In this document: positions 23,338 through 34,238 of the stretch, in pieces
How positions within the stretch are numbered: the stretch's first letter is position 1
How the letters are laid out: each line of letters starts with the position of its first letter
Assembly (NCBI RefSeq): GCF_001194135.2
Contig: NC_068982.1
Location: 11,213,919-11,256,441, forward strand
From: Octopus bimaculoides
Taxonomy: Eukaryota
Direction: 5' to 3'
DNA: 42,523 bases
Made by a program: the position numbers and the translations under genes
The notes under the pieces: model-generated
Database searches by the model: none
What the model saw: the letters and a program-made list of their open reading frames with translations, nothing else
Told to the model about the DNA's origin: nothing

Positions 23338-26119
23338 TGGGACTCTTCAAAGTTCTCTAGCTAATTGCCACAGTGTGTCGAATTTATACTGGTTGATAGA
23401 CTCGGAAGGAATGCACCAAAAGATGAGATCGTCCCTGGCGCCTATTGGACTCGAAGTCGTGATTGGTCAGATTTTGTTGATCACGTGGGTAATATTCTTC
23501 TAGCGAATCGTGACATTGTGTAATTACTGAACATTCCTGCTACAACACTATTGAAAGCGGATTTGTAGAAAATTTCATTTAAAAATACCTTGTTTTTTTT
23601 TTTAGAAAGTTATTAGGAAACAACGTCGAGAAGGGGCACAAATCTGTAATTATGCTCAACTTATCATTTGGTAAAATATACAATTAAAAAGAATATACAC
23701 TGGATATTTTTCTTAAATATTTTATCATGAATAAATATTATAAGTTCCCTAAGGAAGGGACGCACATACATGAGGGTGGCTTATGTAATACACAGTTCCA
23801 CAGGACAATTCACAAGGATGAGCGAATAATGTTAACAATTATACTTGCTTTCTTTACAAATCTTGAAAAATATTCTAATCCTTTGCCGACTTATTTCAAT
23901 GCGCATATTTGCTTTATATATAAAAATTATATATTTTTCGTTCATATATTTTTAAAGCATTTAAATTTTAGAATTTTTGTTTTGGTAAAAAAAAAAACAA
24001 GTGAATTCTTTGTAAATTTATTATATGACGAAATAGAATATTTTAATTTATTATTCAGATATAATCTTTAAATTATGCTTTAGATATTAGATTTTATTAT
24101 ATCTGAACTTTAATGTGTATATAATAATTTTTAGAGTTAGATTATTCCGAACAATGAATTTCTAATGCTTTTTTATCTTATTTGTGGTGGAGGACAAACG
24201 TCTGATATGTTGGGAAGTGGGGGGGAGTCAAAGGCGTTTCAGCCATGATTATCCTGCCTAGTTTCAGACAGTAAAACCAGGTCTGCCTCGTCCAATTTAT
24301 CATATTTTCTTTCCTTTGATTGCTATCTTCAGCAAGTCGAGTGACCACGTAGATTGTTGCTATGTGTGGGGAGAGAAAGAGAGTTTAAAAAAATAATCAG
24401 ATGAAGAAATATGGGAAGGGTTTTAAAATATAAATTTATCCCATGTTTCAACTAAAACATTAAACTTTGTTGATCAAATGGTAATGTGATAGTAGCTAAA
24501 AGACAAAAGAGGAAATTGCTTTTCGAATAACAAACATTATAAACCGCATTAGATCATTTGCTATATGATTTGCCAATGTAATACGCTGGTTTACACAAAC
24601 TACTTTGAAACAAGGAAATATTATTTATGTCATGAATTACTGCTGTCACTAATATAACCATTAACAGGCAGGCAATAGTAAGAACGAAATATTTGAGACA
24701 GTTACATAATTATATTTTACTTCAGAAGTGTAGACATCGTTTTAACTGTAATCTTTTGTAAAGCACAACTTGCTTATAAACAAGATTAAAACTGTGATAA
24801 CGAAAACTAACATCGACAATGAAAAAGACAGGCAAATAAGGAAGTGTGACAGCATAATGAGAATTAAAAAGAAACAACAATGGCCGAAAGATTGGCAGGT
24901 TCTAAACGCAGACGATAAAATGTCTCGAGTTATTTATTAAGTTAATAAGATAAAAAAAAAAAGTTGGGAGGAAAATGATGAGAAATTATGTGAAAATAGA
25001 AGCAGATTAAATGAAAACAGATTAAAAAAAAAAAGAGTAATTAACAATTTCGGTATTGTCTAAAGATTTATAGCACCGTTCCGTAAACATCTTCAGATAA
25101 AATTTCAATTAGCTTTTACATTTTGAGTCAAAACAACTATTTTATACATGTATGCACCAAACAAGACACTTCAATTCACTGCACAATACTCTCCAAGCTC
25201 AATAGTGCAGATTCACCAGCAGGAACACAGCACCAAGGAAAGCGTCTTAGAAAGGTAGCTTCACAAATATTGAAGGAAATATCTTCAAAGCAGATCGTCA
25301 ATGGTATAGACATGTCAGTAACATTTTTCTGAAAGAAAAGAAAAAAGTCGCAATTTTTATGTATGTTATTAACTGACAGTATATGACTTGTTCACAAATT
25401 ATATATGATAGTGTAACACATACGTGAAGAACAAAACAACCTTTTATTCAATTTCTTGAGCAAAATAAGTCATTGAAACAAAAAAAATTAAGCCAGTCAT
25501 TTATTGACAATACATGACATGTACTGATTCAAAAATCGTGGCATTACATGTATTGTTTAATGTTGATGACATTTTTTTCTTTTACTTTTTTCTTCATGTG
25601 ACTTTTCCTGGCGAAATGGATTTGTAGTAACGCCGTGCGCATGCGTAGTCTCACGCATGCGTGGAATTCAACATCCAAGCTTTCCCGCTTCATTCTGTCT
25701 CTTTCTTGCTGGCCGGCGATTGAGCATGGACGTGATTAGCTGTCTTCTCTCCATCTTTCGAACTCACGCCAGACAGCTCACATCAACATACCGATGTCTC
25801 AGCAACCATGTTCTCACACACAGAAGACGTCTCAGCAACCAAGAGTAAAGCTGTATATATTCCACCATGAATAAATATTGTTGAGTTGATAGTTTGGAGT
25901 TCTGCGTTCCGTTCATATTCCTAATTTAATATAGGAAAGCAGGTGTACATCTAATGATGTATAACCCACTTTCCTATAAATTCAATAAATTTTTTAAGTT
26001 CCTAGTGCAAAGTAACATTTGACAGTCGCACAGAGAGTTATCAAAATTCTCATTCCTCCTCTTTAGGTTACTGAAAACCACACCTGTTTTCAGCTTATTA
26101 TTTCTTTGTGTGTATGTGT

Positions 26120-26440
26120 ACTTTATTAAAAAAGCAGCAAAGATATCACAAAAACTGTTACTCAGAGTTTCACGTTCCCTTTCGTTGGACAGCTTTTGTT
26201 TAGAATGGAACAAGGGTAAAGGATTATTAATAAATTAATAATTTTTACCAAGTAGTTCGGTATGGAAAAAAGACCATTTTCGGTAAAAACTTATACAAAA
26301 AGTTTTTTTTAATAATTATAAACATAATTAAGGGAACAGCAAAAGTTGCTTCACCGCATACCGAAATTTAGAAATAGCAGTTAAAATACAAATTCTTCTA
26401 CTACAATATGACTCCAACAGATAGAAATACTTGTAACTCA
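26120..26440. mobile_element. fold-back DNA element, left arm plus centre
   Basis: The arm ataattaagggaacagcaaaagttgcttcaccgcataccgaa...aaatagcag is the reverse complement of 31740-31798. The centre actccaacagatag..tacttgtaactcac is shared. The start is also seen at about 36930-36980. Confidence 0.65.
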
Positions 26441-26976
26441 CATAGGCAAAAAAGAAGAAAAAATAACGAAACTAACCAGCCTTGGGAGAGAAAGAGAGGG
26501 ATGCTTCATTCAGTTTCCATGCCAAATTTTGGATTGGTCATTTTGTGATTTTTAGGGCAGCTTCTCAGATATTTTTTCTTTCTATTTTTTTTTTTTTTTT
26601 CATTTGCAAATCCCAACAAAATAAGTGATTGTTTGAAGTCTGTTTTGTTAATGATTGCTAGACACTCTGATTGCGAGTGCCTTGCAATAATATAAATATG
26701 CCCATGTTTTGTTACAAGACTTTCAAGACTAGTGAGAATGGGGGAGCGAAGGTATCTGCCAACCAGAAAGTGGGCTTGAATACTAGCAACAGAATAAGCT
26801 TTGCTAAAGTCAGCTAAGATGTCAGGTTGTAGTGTTTGACCAGACAGCAGTTTTTAAGTCTACCTTCCATGTATGTCATGGTGGAATTTGAACTCAGAAA
26901 GCAAAGAGCTGTAACATCATCAGGGGATTTATTTAATTGATTTAATCCTTCTCAACAAAATTTGTGGTCTTGTGTA

Positions 26977-27190
26977 TCATCATCATCATTATTTAACCAT
27001 TTTCCATGTTGGCATGTTTTGGATGGTTTAACAGGAGCTGACAAGAAGAGAGCTGCACCAGGCTCCAATCATCAGTTTTGGTATGGTTCCTGCAGGTGGA
27101 TGCCATTCCTAACACCAATCACTTTACAGAGTGTACTAAGTGCTTCTTACATGGCACCAGTACCAACAGGGTCACCAAGTGACTTGCAAG
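26977..27190 (-). mobile_element. RTE-tail element (family C), diverged
   Basis: (TCA)n tail, ttccatgttggcatg...ggatgccattcctaac. Confidence 0.75.
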
Positions 27191-27400
27191 ATAAAAAGCC
27201 CCCTTGACTGGGAGGTGGTGGTTTTATGCCAATTGATGAGAGATTAGATGTATAGAGGGCCAGGAATAGGGGTCTTTCACCAGTACTTATTTTGTTGATC
27301 CTTGAAAAAATGGAAGGCACATCTCATTGGGATTTGAACTCAGAACATAAAGGCTTGTAAAGAAATACTATAAAGCATCTACTATGATTCCTACTATTCA

Positions 27401-27807
27401 TTATTCTTTTACTTGTTTCAGTCATTTGACTGCGGCCATGCTGGAGCACTGCCTTTAATCGAGCAAATCGACCCCAGGACTTATTCTTTGGAAACCTAGT
27501 ACTTATTCTATCGGTTTCTTTTGCCGAACCACAAAGTTATGGGGAGATAAACACACCACCATCGGTTGTCAAGCGATGTTGGGGGTGGGGACAAACACAG
27601 ACACACAAACATATACACACACACATATATATATACATATATACGACGGGCTGCTTTCAGTTTCCGTCTACCAAATCCACTCACAAGGCTTCGGTCGGCT
27701 CGAGGCTATAGTAGAAAACACTTGCCCAAGGTGCCTCGCAGTGGGACTGAACCCGGAACCATGTGGTTGGTAAGCAAGCTACTTACCACACAGCCACTCC
27801 TGCGCCT
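27401..27807 (-). mobile_element. SINE family A, full length
   Basis: Reverse complement of 4492-4940. Confidence 0.9.
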
Positions 27808-27824
27808 ATATGATAATAATTCTT

Positions 27825-28015
27825 TCTAATTTTGGCACAAGACCAGTAGTTTTGAGGGAGGGGCAAATCATTGATATCAGCATTTAATAGGTACTTTATT
27901 TTATCAGTCCTGAAAAGATAAAAGGCAAAATTGATTGCAGAAGGCAAACAACAGAAGAAATGCTACTAGGAGCTTTTTCCGACATGTGAATGATTCTGTC
28001 AGCTCACCATCTTGG
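27825..28015 (-). mobile_element. SINE family B, diverged
   Basis: ggcacaagacc tail, aaaggcaaa core, gattctgtcagctcacc head. Confidence 0.65.
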
Positions 28016-28079
28016 CAGAAATGTAAGCACGTCGGGTGAAATGCTCAGCGGAATTTACTTCCACACACGCTAGCTTAAT

Positions 28080-28435
28080 TTAATTCGTCCTTTGTCGAAA
28101 GATACCTGTTGTTATGTCCTGTTATTTGTATTTGTGTAACATTCTCCGTTTTTTTTCCCCCGTCCTTGTTTTCGTATACATTCACTGCTTTTTTCCAAGG
28201 AATCTAATGCTCTTAGCTAAGTTTTTCCTTGGGGCTGGCCAGATTGGAGCAATCTCAAGTATAATCAGCCAAAATTGCGAAGATAATCTGGTACTCGACT
28301 GAGGAAAGAAAACTTCAAATTTCCCGTCCTTGTTTTCTTTGTATCGTCTATCTGCATGTTTTGTTGTCCCTTTTTTGTATCACCTAACTGTCTGGATGTT
28401 TTGTGTTCTTGTCCCATTTTGTATTTTTTTTATAT
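28080..28435. mobile_element. unclassified interspersed repeat fragment
   Basis: T-rich segment with internal direct repeat cccgtccttgtttt, bounded by microsatellites. Family not identified. Confidence 0.35.
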
Positions 28436-28439
28436 ATAA

Positions 28440-28449
28440 AATAGATAGA

Positions 28450-28517
<68 letters not shown>

Positions 28518-28528
28518 TAGATAGATAG
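28440..28528. repeat. (TAGA)n(CAGA)n microsatellite
   Basis: Direct reading. A similar tract lies at 28765-28870. Confidence 0.95.
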
Positions 28529-28762
28529 GTGGTGAACTGGCAGAAACGTTAGCACACCGGGCAAAATGCTTAGCGGTATTTCGTCTGCCACTACATTCTG
28601 AGTTCAAATTCCTCCGAGGTTGACTTTGCCTTTCATCCTTTCAGGGTCAATAAATTAAGTACCAGTTACGCACTGGGGTCTATGTAATCGACTTAATCCC
28701 TTTTTCTGTCCTTGTTTGTCCCCTCTATGTTTAGCCCCTTGTAGGCAATAAAGAAATAAAAA
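28529..28762 (+). mobile_element. SINE family B, full length, alternative tail
   Basis: ggtggtgaactggcagaaacgttagc head, gagttcaaattcc B-box-like, ctttgcctttcatcctttcagggtcaataaa core, gtcccctctatgtttagcccc...aataaag tail. Confidence 0.88.
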
Positions 28763-28989
28763 AGATAGATAGACAGACAGATAAAAAGATAGACAGACAG
28801 ACAGGTAAAAAGATAGATAGACAGACATAGAAAGATAGACAGACAGACAGACAGACAGATAGATAGATAACAAAACAGGAGACTTTACTCATAAATATTT
28901 CCTTTTTTTGTTTTGCTTCTTGTATGTACTACATTATCTATCCAACTCTGTGTGTGTGTGTGTGTGTGTGAATTTGCTGTGCATGAGAA

Positions 28990-29217
28990 GACACGCCAAG
29001 CTAAATGAAATCGTGGCTAGTGTCGGTGGCACATATAAGGTAACCAGTACACTCTGTAAAATGATTGGCATTAGGAAAGGCATCCAGCCATAGAAACCAC
29101 ACCAAAACAGACGACTGGAGCCAGGTGCAGCTCTTCGGCTTGCCAGCTCCAATAAAACCGTCTAACCCATGCCAGCAATGAAAACTGATATTAAATGATG
29201 ATGATGATGATGATGAT
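28990..29217 (+). mobile_element. RTE-tail element (family C)
   Basis: ggcattaggaaaggcatccagc...aacccatgccagc...(GAT)n. Confidence 0.8.
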
Positions 29218-30099
29218 ACAAATTTATTTTACGTAGTCGTTGGTTATGGCTAGCCAGAAAATTACCAATTATAGTTCTCTAACTGGTCACACACACGCGA
29301 ATGTGTGTGTGTGTAAGAGAGTGAGAGATGGATTGTGTGTGTATGTAGACACACATACCCACACTTTCCATTACTAATTTATTCCATTGGACTGCAGCCA
29401 TGCTGGGTCAATGACACTAGATCTGGAACTTATTTATCGAACGTTTATCTGACTTTTAATATAAAGGGACAACTATTCCGTAAATATATCGAGAATAGTT
29501 TTTCGTAAAAGGCAAAGGTTTCAATGAAACAGAAAGAATTCGAATTTAAGAACGATGTGTGTGTGTGTAATTTATAAATGCTGATAAACGTTCCTGTGAA
29601 AAAGTAAAGCTAATGTCAGAAACGTAATTGAATTATGCGTTGTATGAGTACAAATAGCATGAAAAGCATTAAGACAAATAACTACTACTACTGCAGCTGT
29701 AGAAATAATATACTTTGTAGTTGCCTATTAAATTATTTCGTATGATGTATTTATTACGGAAGATCACGGCTGCTTGATATTTTAACTAGATTGTTTGACA
29801 AGCCAAAGTCTCTGCCTGGTCACGCAGGCTGCTAGAAGTAGCAGTTAAATCACACCCTAAACTCTTAGGCAACGTGGATGATGTGGTCCTGGGTTCTCTG
29901 CACACAAGAAGTAAATGGGACGGGCATGATTGGGACGTCTGGGTTAAATAAATTTATCCACTTGATAAATTTTCTTTTTTTCTTTTATATTTACTTTGTT
30001 CTCAATATCGCCCAGGTCTCTCTCTTTCTCTCTCTCTCTGACTTTGTCTAGGCGCTATGATAAAGATCAAAATGAAACCTCACTTTATATTCGTAATTC

Positions 30100-30305
30100 C
30101 AACAAAAAACAACGGCCTGCTAGAAATGGTAGCCAAATCTCCTTCAAATAATACCCTATTGACTTTTAAAATAAAACAGAAAGAATATACTAGCTTATAC
30201 AGCCTTACTAACCAATAAACAAGATAGTCACGGCTAGAATGTCTTTGATCAGAAGTTTGTTCGATCAAGATTGCCCTGGGGCCAACAATAATACCAACAA
30301 CAACA
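30100..30305 (+). mobile_element. SINE 3' part (family F)
   Basis: ggcctgctagaaat...ccaaatctcc...gtcacggctagaatgtctttgatc...(CAA)n. Related pieces at about 29790-29900 and 35330-35410. Confidence 0.6.
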
Positions 30306-30928
30306 TCTTACACGCTAAAGTTAATCGCTGTGTAAGCAATTTTCCCCAAACTTGTTCACTCCATTGTTCTACTAATCCATAGAGCTCCATCCATTCTCAC
30401 GCTATTTTATGTAACAATATTAATCCATTTAGAGATTTGTGCACAGTGAAAAAGAAACCACTGCATACTATTAAATGTAGTGAATCAACAAGCGGCTCAT
30501 CTTCTATAATTTTCTTCTATTACATTAGTTTTCGTGCACAGTACATTTTATAGCTTTACTTCGAGTGACCAGAAGTATATAATATGTATTACTAAATATC
30601 GATTTATTTCGACTATGAACAAGGCTCCAGATTTATATTGGAAAGTGAACAATGAAGCGTTTTTCTTAGGTATTCGTATCGTTAGTGAGCTGTAGTCACG
30701 TTCCGTAATTTCGATTTTAACATAAAGGGAATGTGTCTATAAGTAAAAATACACTACTTATTAAACATACTGGAAACCATGATGTTCAAGATAGGACCCT
30801 ATGTAATATTTATTAATGTAAGGTTTGGCAAATCCTTTACGTTGCATGTTCAAATCCCGTCATAGTCGATAAAATTATACAGTACCAGTCAAACATTGAT
30901 TTTATTTATTATTATAAGGATTGGCAGT

Positions 30929-31259
30929 GGAGGCGCAATGGCCCAGTGGTTAGGGCAGCGGACTCGCGGTCATAGGATCGCGGTTTAGTTGTGAGTGTTT
31001 ATTGAGCGAAAACACCTAAAGATCCACGAGGCTCCGGCAGGGGTTGGTAGCGAACCCTGCTGTACTCTTTCAGCACAACTTTCTCTCACTCTTTCTCCCT
31101 TTTTCTGTTGTGCCTGTAATTCAAAGGGTCAGCCTTGTCACACTGTCACGCTGAATATCTCCGAGAACTACGTTAAGGGTACACATGTCTGTGGAGTGCT
31201 CAGCCACTTGCACGTTAATTTCACGAGCCTTCTGTTCCGTTGATCGGATCAACTGGAAC
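30929..31259 (+). mobile_element. tRNA-derived SINE family D, running into gap
   Basis: ggaggcgcaatggcccagtggttagggcagcggactcgcggtc head. Same 3' module as 19472. Confidence 0.88.
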
Positions 31260-31670
31260 NNNNNNNNNNNNNNNNNNNNNNNNNNNNNNNNNNNNNNNNN
31301 NNNNNNNNNNNNNNNNNNNNNNNNNNNNNNNNNNNNNNNNNNNNNNNNNNNNNNNNNNNNNNNNNNNNNNNNNNNNNNNNNNNNNNNNNNNNNNNNNNNN
31401 NNNNNNNNNNNNNNNNNNNNNNNNNNNNNNNNNNNNNNNNNNNNNNNNNNNNNNNNNNNNNNNNNNNNNNNNNNNNNNNNNNNNNNNNNNNNNNNNNNNN
31501 NNNNNNNNNNNNNNNNNNNNNNNNNNNNNNNNNNNNNNNNNNNNNNNNNNNNNNNNNNNNNNNNNNNNNNNNNNNNNNNNNNNNNNNNNNNNNNNNNNNN
31601 NNNNNNNNNNNNNNNNNNNNNNNNNNNNNNNNNNNNNNNNNNNNNNNNNNNNNNNNNNNNNNNNNNNNNN
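31260..31670. other. assembly gap
   Basis: N run. Confidence 1.
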
Positions 31671-31800
31671 NAACTCCAACAGATAGCATTACTTGTAACT
31701 CACAGAAGTAATGCTATCTGTTGGAGTTTCAGCACTTTAGCTGCTATTTCTGAACTTCGGTATGTGGTGAAGCAACTGTTGCTGACCCCTTAATTATGTA
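31671..31800. mobile_element. fold-back DNA element, centre plus right arm
   Basis: Perfect 23-bp hairpin aactccaacagatagcattactt-gtaactcacag-aagtaatgctatctgttggagtt. Same family as 26120-26440. Confidence 0.7.
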
Positions 31801-32355
31801 TATATATATATATATATAGATATATATATATATTGTCAGTTATTCTTTTATTGTATGTTGGCACTCTTGAGTTCATTCACAACAATTCCTCATTTGTCTC
31901 CACTAAACTAACATCTGGCAGTAACACTTAGACCAGTTATAGGCAAACTGCAGCCTGCAGGACTTTCTGAATGACACACCAATAAAAAATTCCTTGAACT
32001 ATTGTAGCCTGTTTCTTGGAAAAGTTTGCCTATGCCTGACTTAGACCATGCTTCTAAACATGTCTAGAGTTGCCATGAACTGTTGAAGATCAAACTCATA
32101 CCTCATTACATTTCATATTTAATTAATTTTAGTTAATTAAAGTTTTATTATTTGGCCAAATTTAGTCGTTTAGAAAATAATTGTTTACTTCACAGAGCGT
32201 GTAATTTTAATTAATTCATAATTAACTCAAACTTTTTGACATTCAACAACTATGCTTGTGTTTACTTTACAATGGTAGGAGACGCTGCACAGGGTGAACA
32301 AACTTGGAATCATGATTAAGAAGCAAACTTTTTAACTACGATGCCACTAATATAA

Positions 32356-32514
32356 TTTACATTATTTACATTTGACGGATATTTGTCCTCATCTTGTTTG
32401 TTGTTAACACAACGTTTCGGCTGATATACCCTCCAGCCTTCATCGGGTGTCTTGGGGAAATTTCAAACCTGGGTTCTCATTCCTAAGGTATTTTTCGATG
32501 TTATTATTATTATA

Positions 32515-32548
<34 letters not shown>

Positions 32549-32619
32549 TCACTGCCTGGAATTGAACTTGGAATCTTGGGGTTAGTAGCCTGCGCTCTTA
32601 ACCACTACGTCATATGCCC
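32356..32619 (-). mobile_element. tRNA-headed SINE (family E) with Penelope-like hammerhead tail
   Basis: Minus strand has gggcatatgacgtagtggttaagagc (A-box-like) and aagttcaattcc (B-box-like), then (AAT)n, a hammerhead-containing 3' part and a (TAAATG)-like tail. Confidence 0.85.
32406..32451 (-). ncRNA. minimal hammerhead motif, core variant CCGAUGA
   Basis: gacac-CCGATGA-a-ggct-loop-agcc-GAAAC-GTT-gtgtt. Confidence 0.65.
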
Positions 32620-32621
32620 AA

Positions 32622-32639
32622 GCAGTGACCTGAATAATA

Positions 32640-32673
<34 letters not shown>

Positions 32674-32815
32674 CGACGACGACATCGAAAAATACCTTAG
32701 GAATGAGAACCTAGGTTCGAAATTTCCCCACGACACCTGATGAAGGCTGGAGGGTGATGAAGCCGAAACGATGTGTTAACAACAAACAAGATGAGGACAA
32801 ATATCCGTCAAATGT
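32622..32815 (+). mobile_element. SINE family E, headless copy inverted against the first
   Basis: gcagtgacctgaataat...gatgaggacaaatatccgtcaaatgt is the reverse complement of 32366-32555. Confidence 0.85.
32732..32777 (+). ncRNA. minimal hammerhead motif, cleavage triplet variant GAU
   Basis: gacac-CTGATGA-a-ggct-loop-agcc-GAAAC-GAT-gtgtt. Confidence 0.6.
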
Positions 32816-32879
32816 GCCCTCTCAACTCAGAGAAGTAGCAACTCTACCTGATCTCCAAGCTCTGAGAAATTGTAAGAGT

Positions 32880-33030
32880 ATCAGACAAAATGCTTTGAAG
32901 TATTTATCATGGCTCTGTATGTTCTGAGTTCAAATTCTGCAGAAGCCAACTTCAGTTTTCATCATATCAGGGTTAATAATTAAAGTATCAGTCATGTATC
33001 AGGACCAATATTATTAACTATTCCACTAAG
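32880..33030 (+). mobile_element. SINE family B, degenerate
   Basis: gttctgagttcaaattctgc...ttttcatcatatcagggttaataattaaagtatcag. Confidence 0.6.
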
Positions 33031-33038
33031 AGTAACTA

Positions 33039-33248
33039 CAAAGGGGTCCTGGAAAGTTCCTGGCTTTGAGGGTATCATGAAAGGCCTGGCTGGTGGCCAA
33101 ACCTTCCCAGTTCTTTTACAGAGCTTAAAAATACTGAAGGACAATTGCAGTGTGTGAATCTGGGGAATATGTTGAATAAAATCATAACTGACTGATCCTT
33201 CTTATACTTTCTTTTACCCAAAGCCAGGAACTTTTCAGCATCCCTTTG
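33039..33248. mobile_element. mariner-type MITE
   Basis: TA then caaaggggtcctggaaagttcctggcttt ... aaagccaggaacttttcagcatcccttt, which are imperfect TIRs. Confidence 0.7.
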
Positions 33249-34078
33249 GAAGTGCTTTTTTTCTCCACCTGTAAAAAACACTGAGCCAAAGAGAAACAGA
33301 TCAGTTTGTCGGGCATTTTGATCTTTCCAAGTACTGCTATGGCAGTCTGACATTACACTGTGACATAACCTGGCTATTTCCACTTGCAACATAGATGTCA
33401 TAGTTAATTTGGCTAACATCTCTATTTTATTTTGTGTTTCATTTGTCAGCGTGTTATCCTGATGAATAAATAAGCTATTAACCTAACCAAAAGATAATTG
33501 AAGAAACATTTAAAATAACATCAACATCGAAAACAACAACAACAACAATTGAGTGTACCAAATTACGTTTGCAACAAGAGAGAAGCAACGAACTCAATTA
33601 AGCACTTAAATACTTAGGAAAGGGTTTAAAATAAAGAAATAAATGCAATCTAATTAAGCAATTTAAGCATTCCTCAGCTGCTAACAGTTTTGAGACAGGG
33701 TGAAGAAATCTAAAAATTTGACAATTTCATTTATTTCTCAAGAAATATATTTTGTAGTAGTTACTACATTTGTAATTCTTTCATTGTTATCAAATACTAA
33801 TTAAATAAACATCAACAGACATCTCTTGCTTATCTGTGTTTTATCAAAGACATAGCATAGTTTTGTATTGATCGGTTTATATATGATTGTTGTCCAAAAT
33901 CACATCGCAGTTCTTGTTTCAAAGTTTACAGTCTGATGGAAAATAAAATCACAAACATATCATCTAATTAATCTTGATTGATATTGACAACAAATTTACT
34001 GTGATTTCATGTCTTTAAAGAGATAATCATTTGTCAAACGATATGTTTTGGCTTCAGTCCATTATTTAATTGTCTACT

Positions 34079-34090
34079 AATGACGTCATT
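34079..34090. promoter_or_regulatory. palindromic CRE/ATF site (AATGACGTCATT)
   Basis: TGACGTCA at 34081-34088, extended to a 12-bp palindrome, 42 bp upstream of the TATA box. Confidence 0.7.
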
Positions 34091-34130
34091 ACCTCTATGG
34101 GAATAGAAATGAAAATAAAAATTTTCCTGA

Positions 34131-34138
34131 TATAAAAA
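34131..34138 (+). promoter_or_regulatory. TATA box of the O-crystallin gene
   Basis: TATAAAAA about 100 bp upstream of the ATG at 34239. Confidence 0.7.
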
Positions 34139-34238
34139 GCTGGACATCAACTGTTTCTGATCAAAAAGCAGGAAATCTCATCTGGACACCTAACACAAAA
34201 ATATCTATCAGTTCAAGATTTCTTAAATTCCTATTATT

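Larger units (their letters stand above)
22143..23578 (-). pseudogene. decayed intronless ORF of unknown identity, split by nested insertions
   Basis: After removing 22463-23359, a 90-codon frame with one stop reads LENFEESQTFPVRKNVTLYNGQNAKLYKIDSWDRAIKVNIT*VRGLPEYIHCAVADPEYLSRVKDYEKDFEWWVKKMDPSTISERISKLS. Adjoining open segments in other frames lie on both sides. Confidence 0.5.

Noticed and set aside
25160-25331. Minus-strand exon-like segment after ttttctttcag (KNVTDMSIPLTICFEDISF...)
   Set aside because: The acceptor is good, but there is no recognisable product or linked exon. It could be a noncoding exon and cannot be supported.
28290-28330. CTGAGGA-aag-aaaa-ctt hammerhead-like string
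   Set aside because: GAAA is replaced by CAAA and stem I does not pair.
32556-32619. tRNA genes at SINE heads (also 9540, 19472, 30929)
   Set aside because: They are tRNA-like but run directly into SINE bodies, with imperfect acceptor stems.
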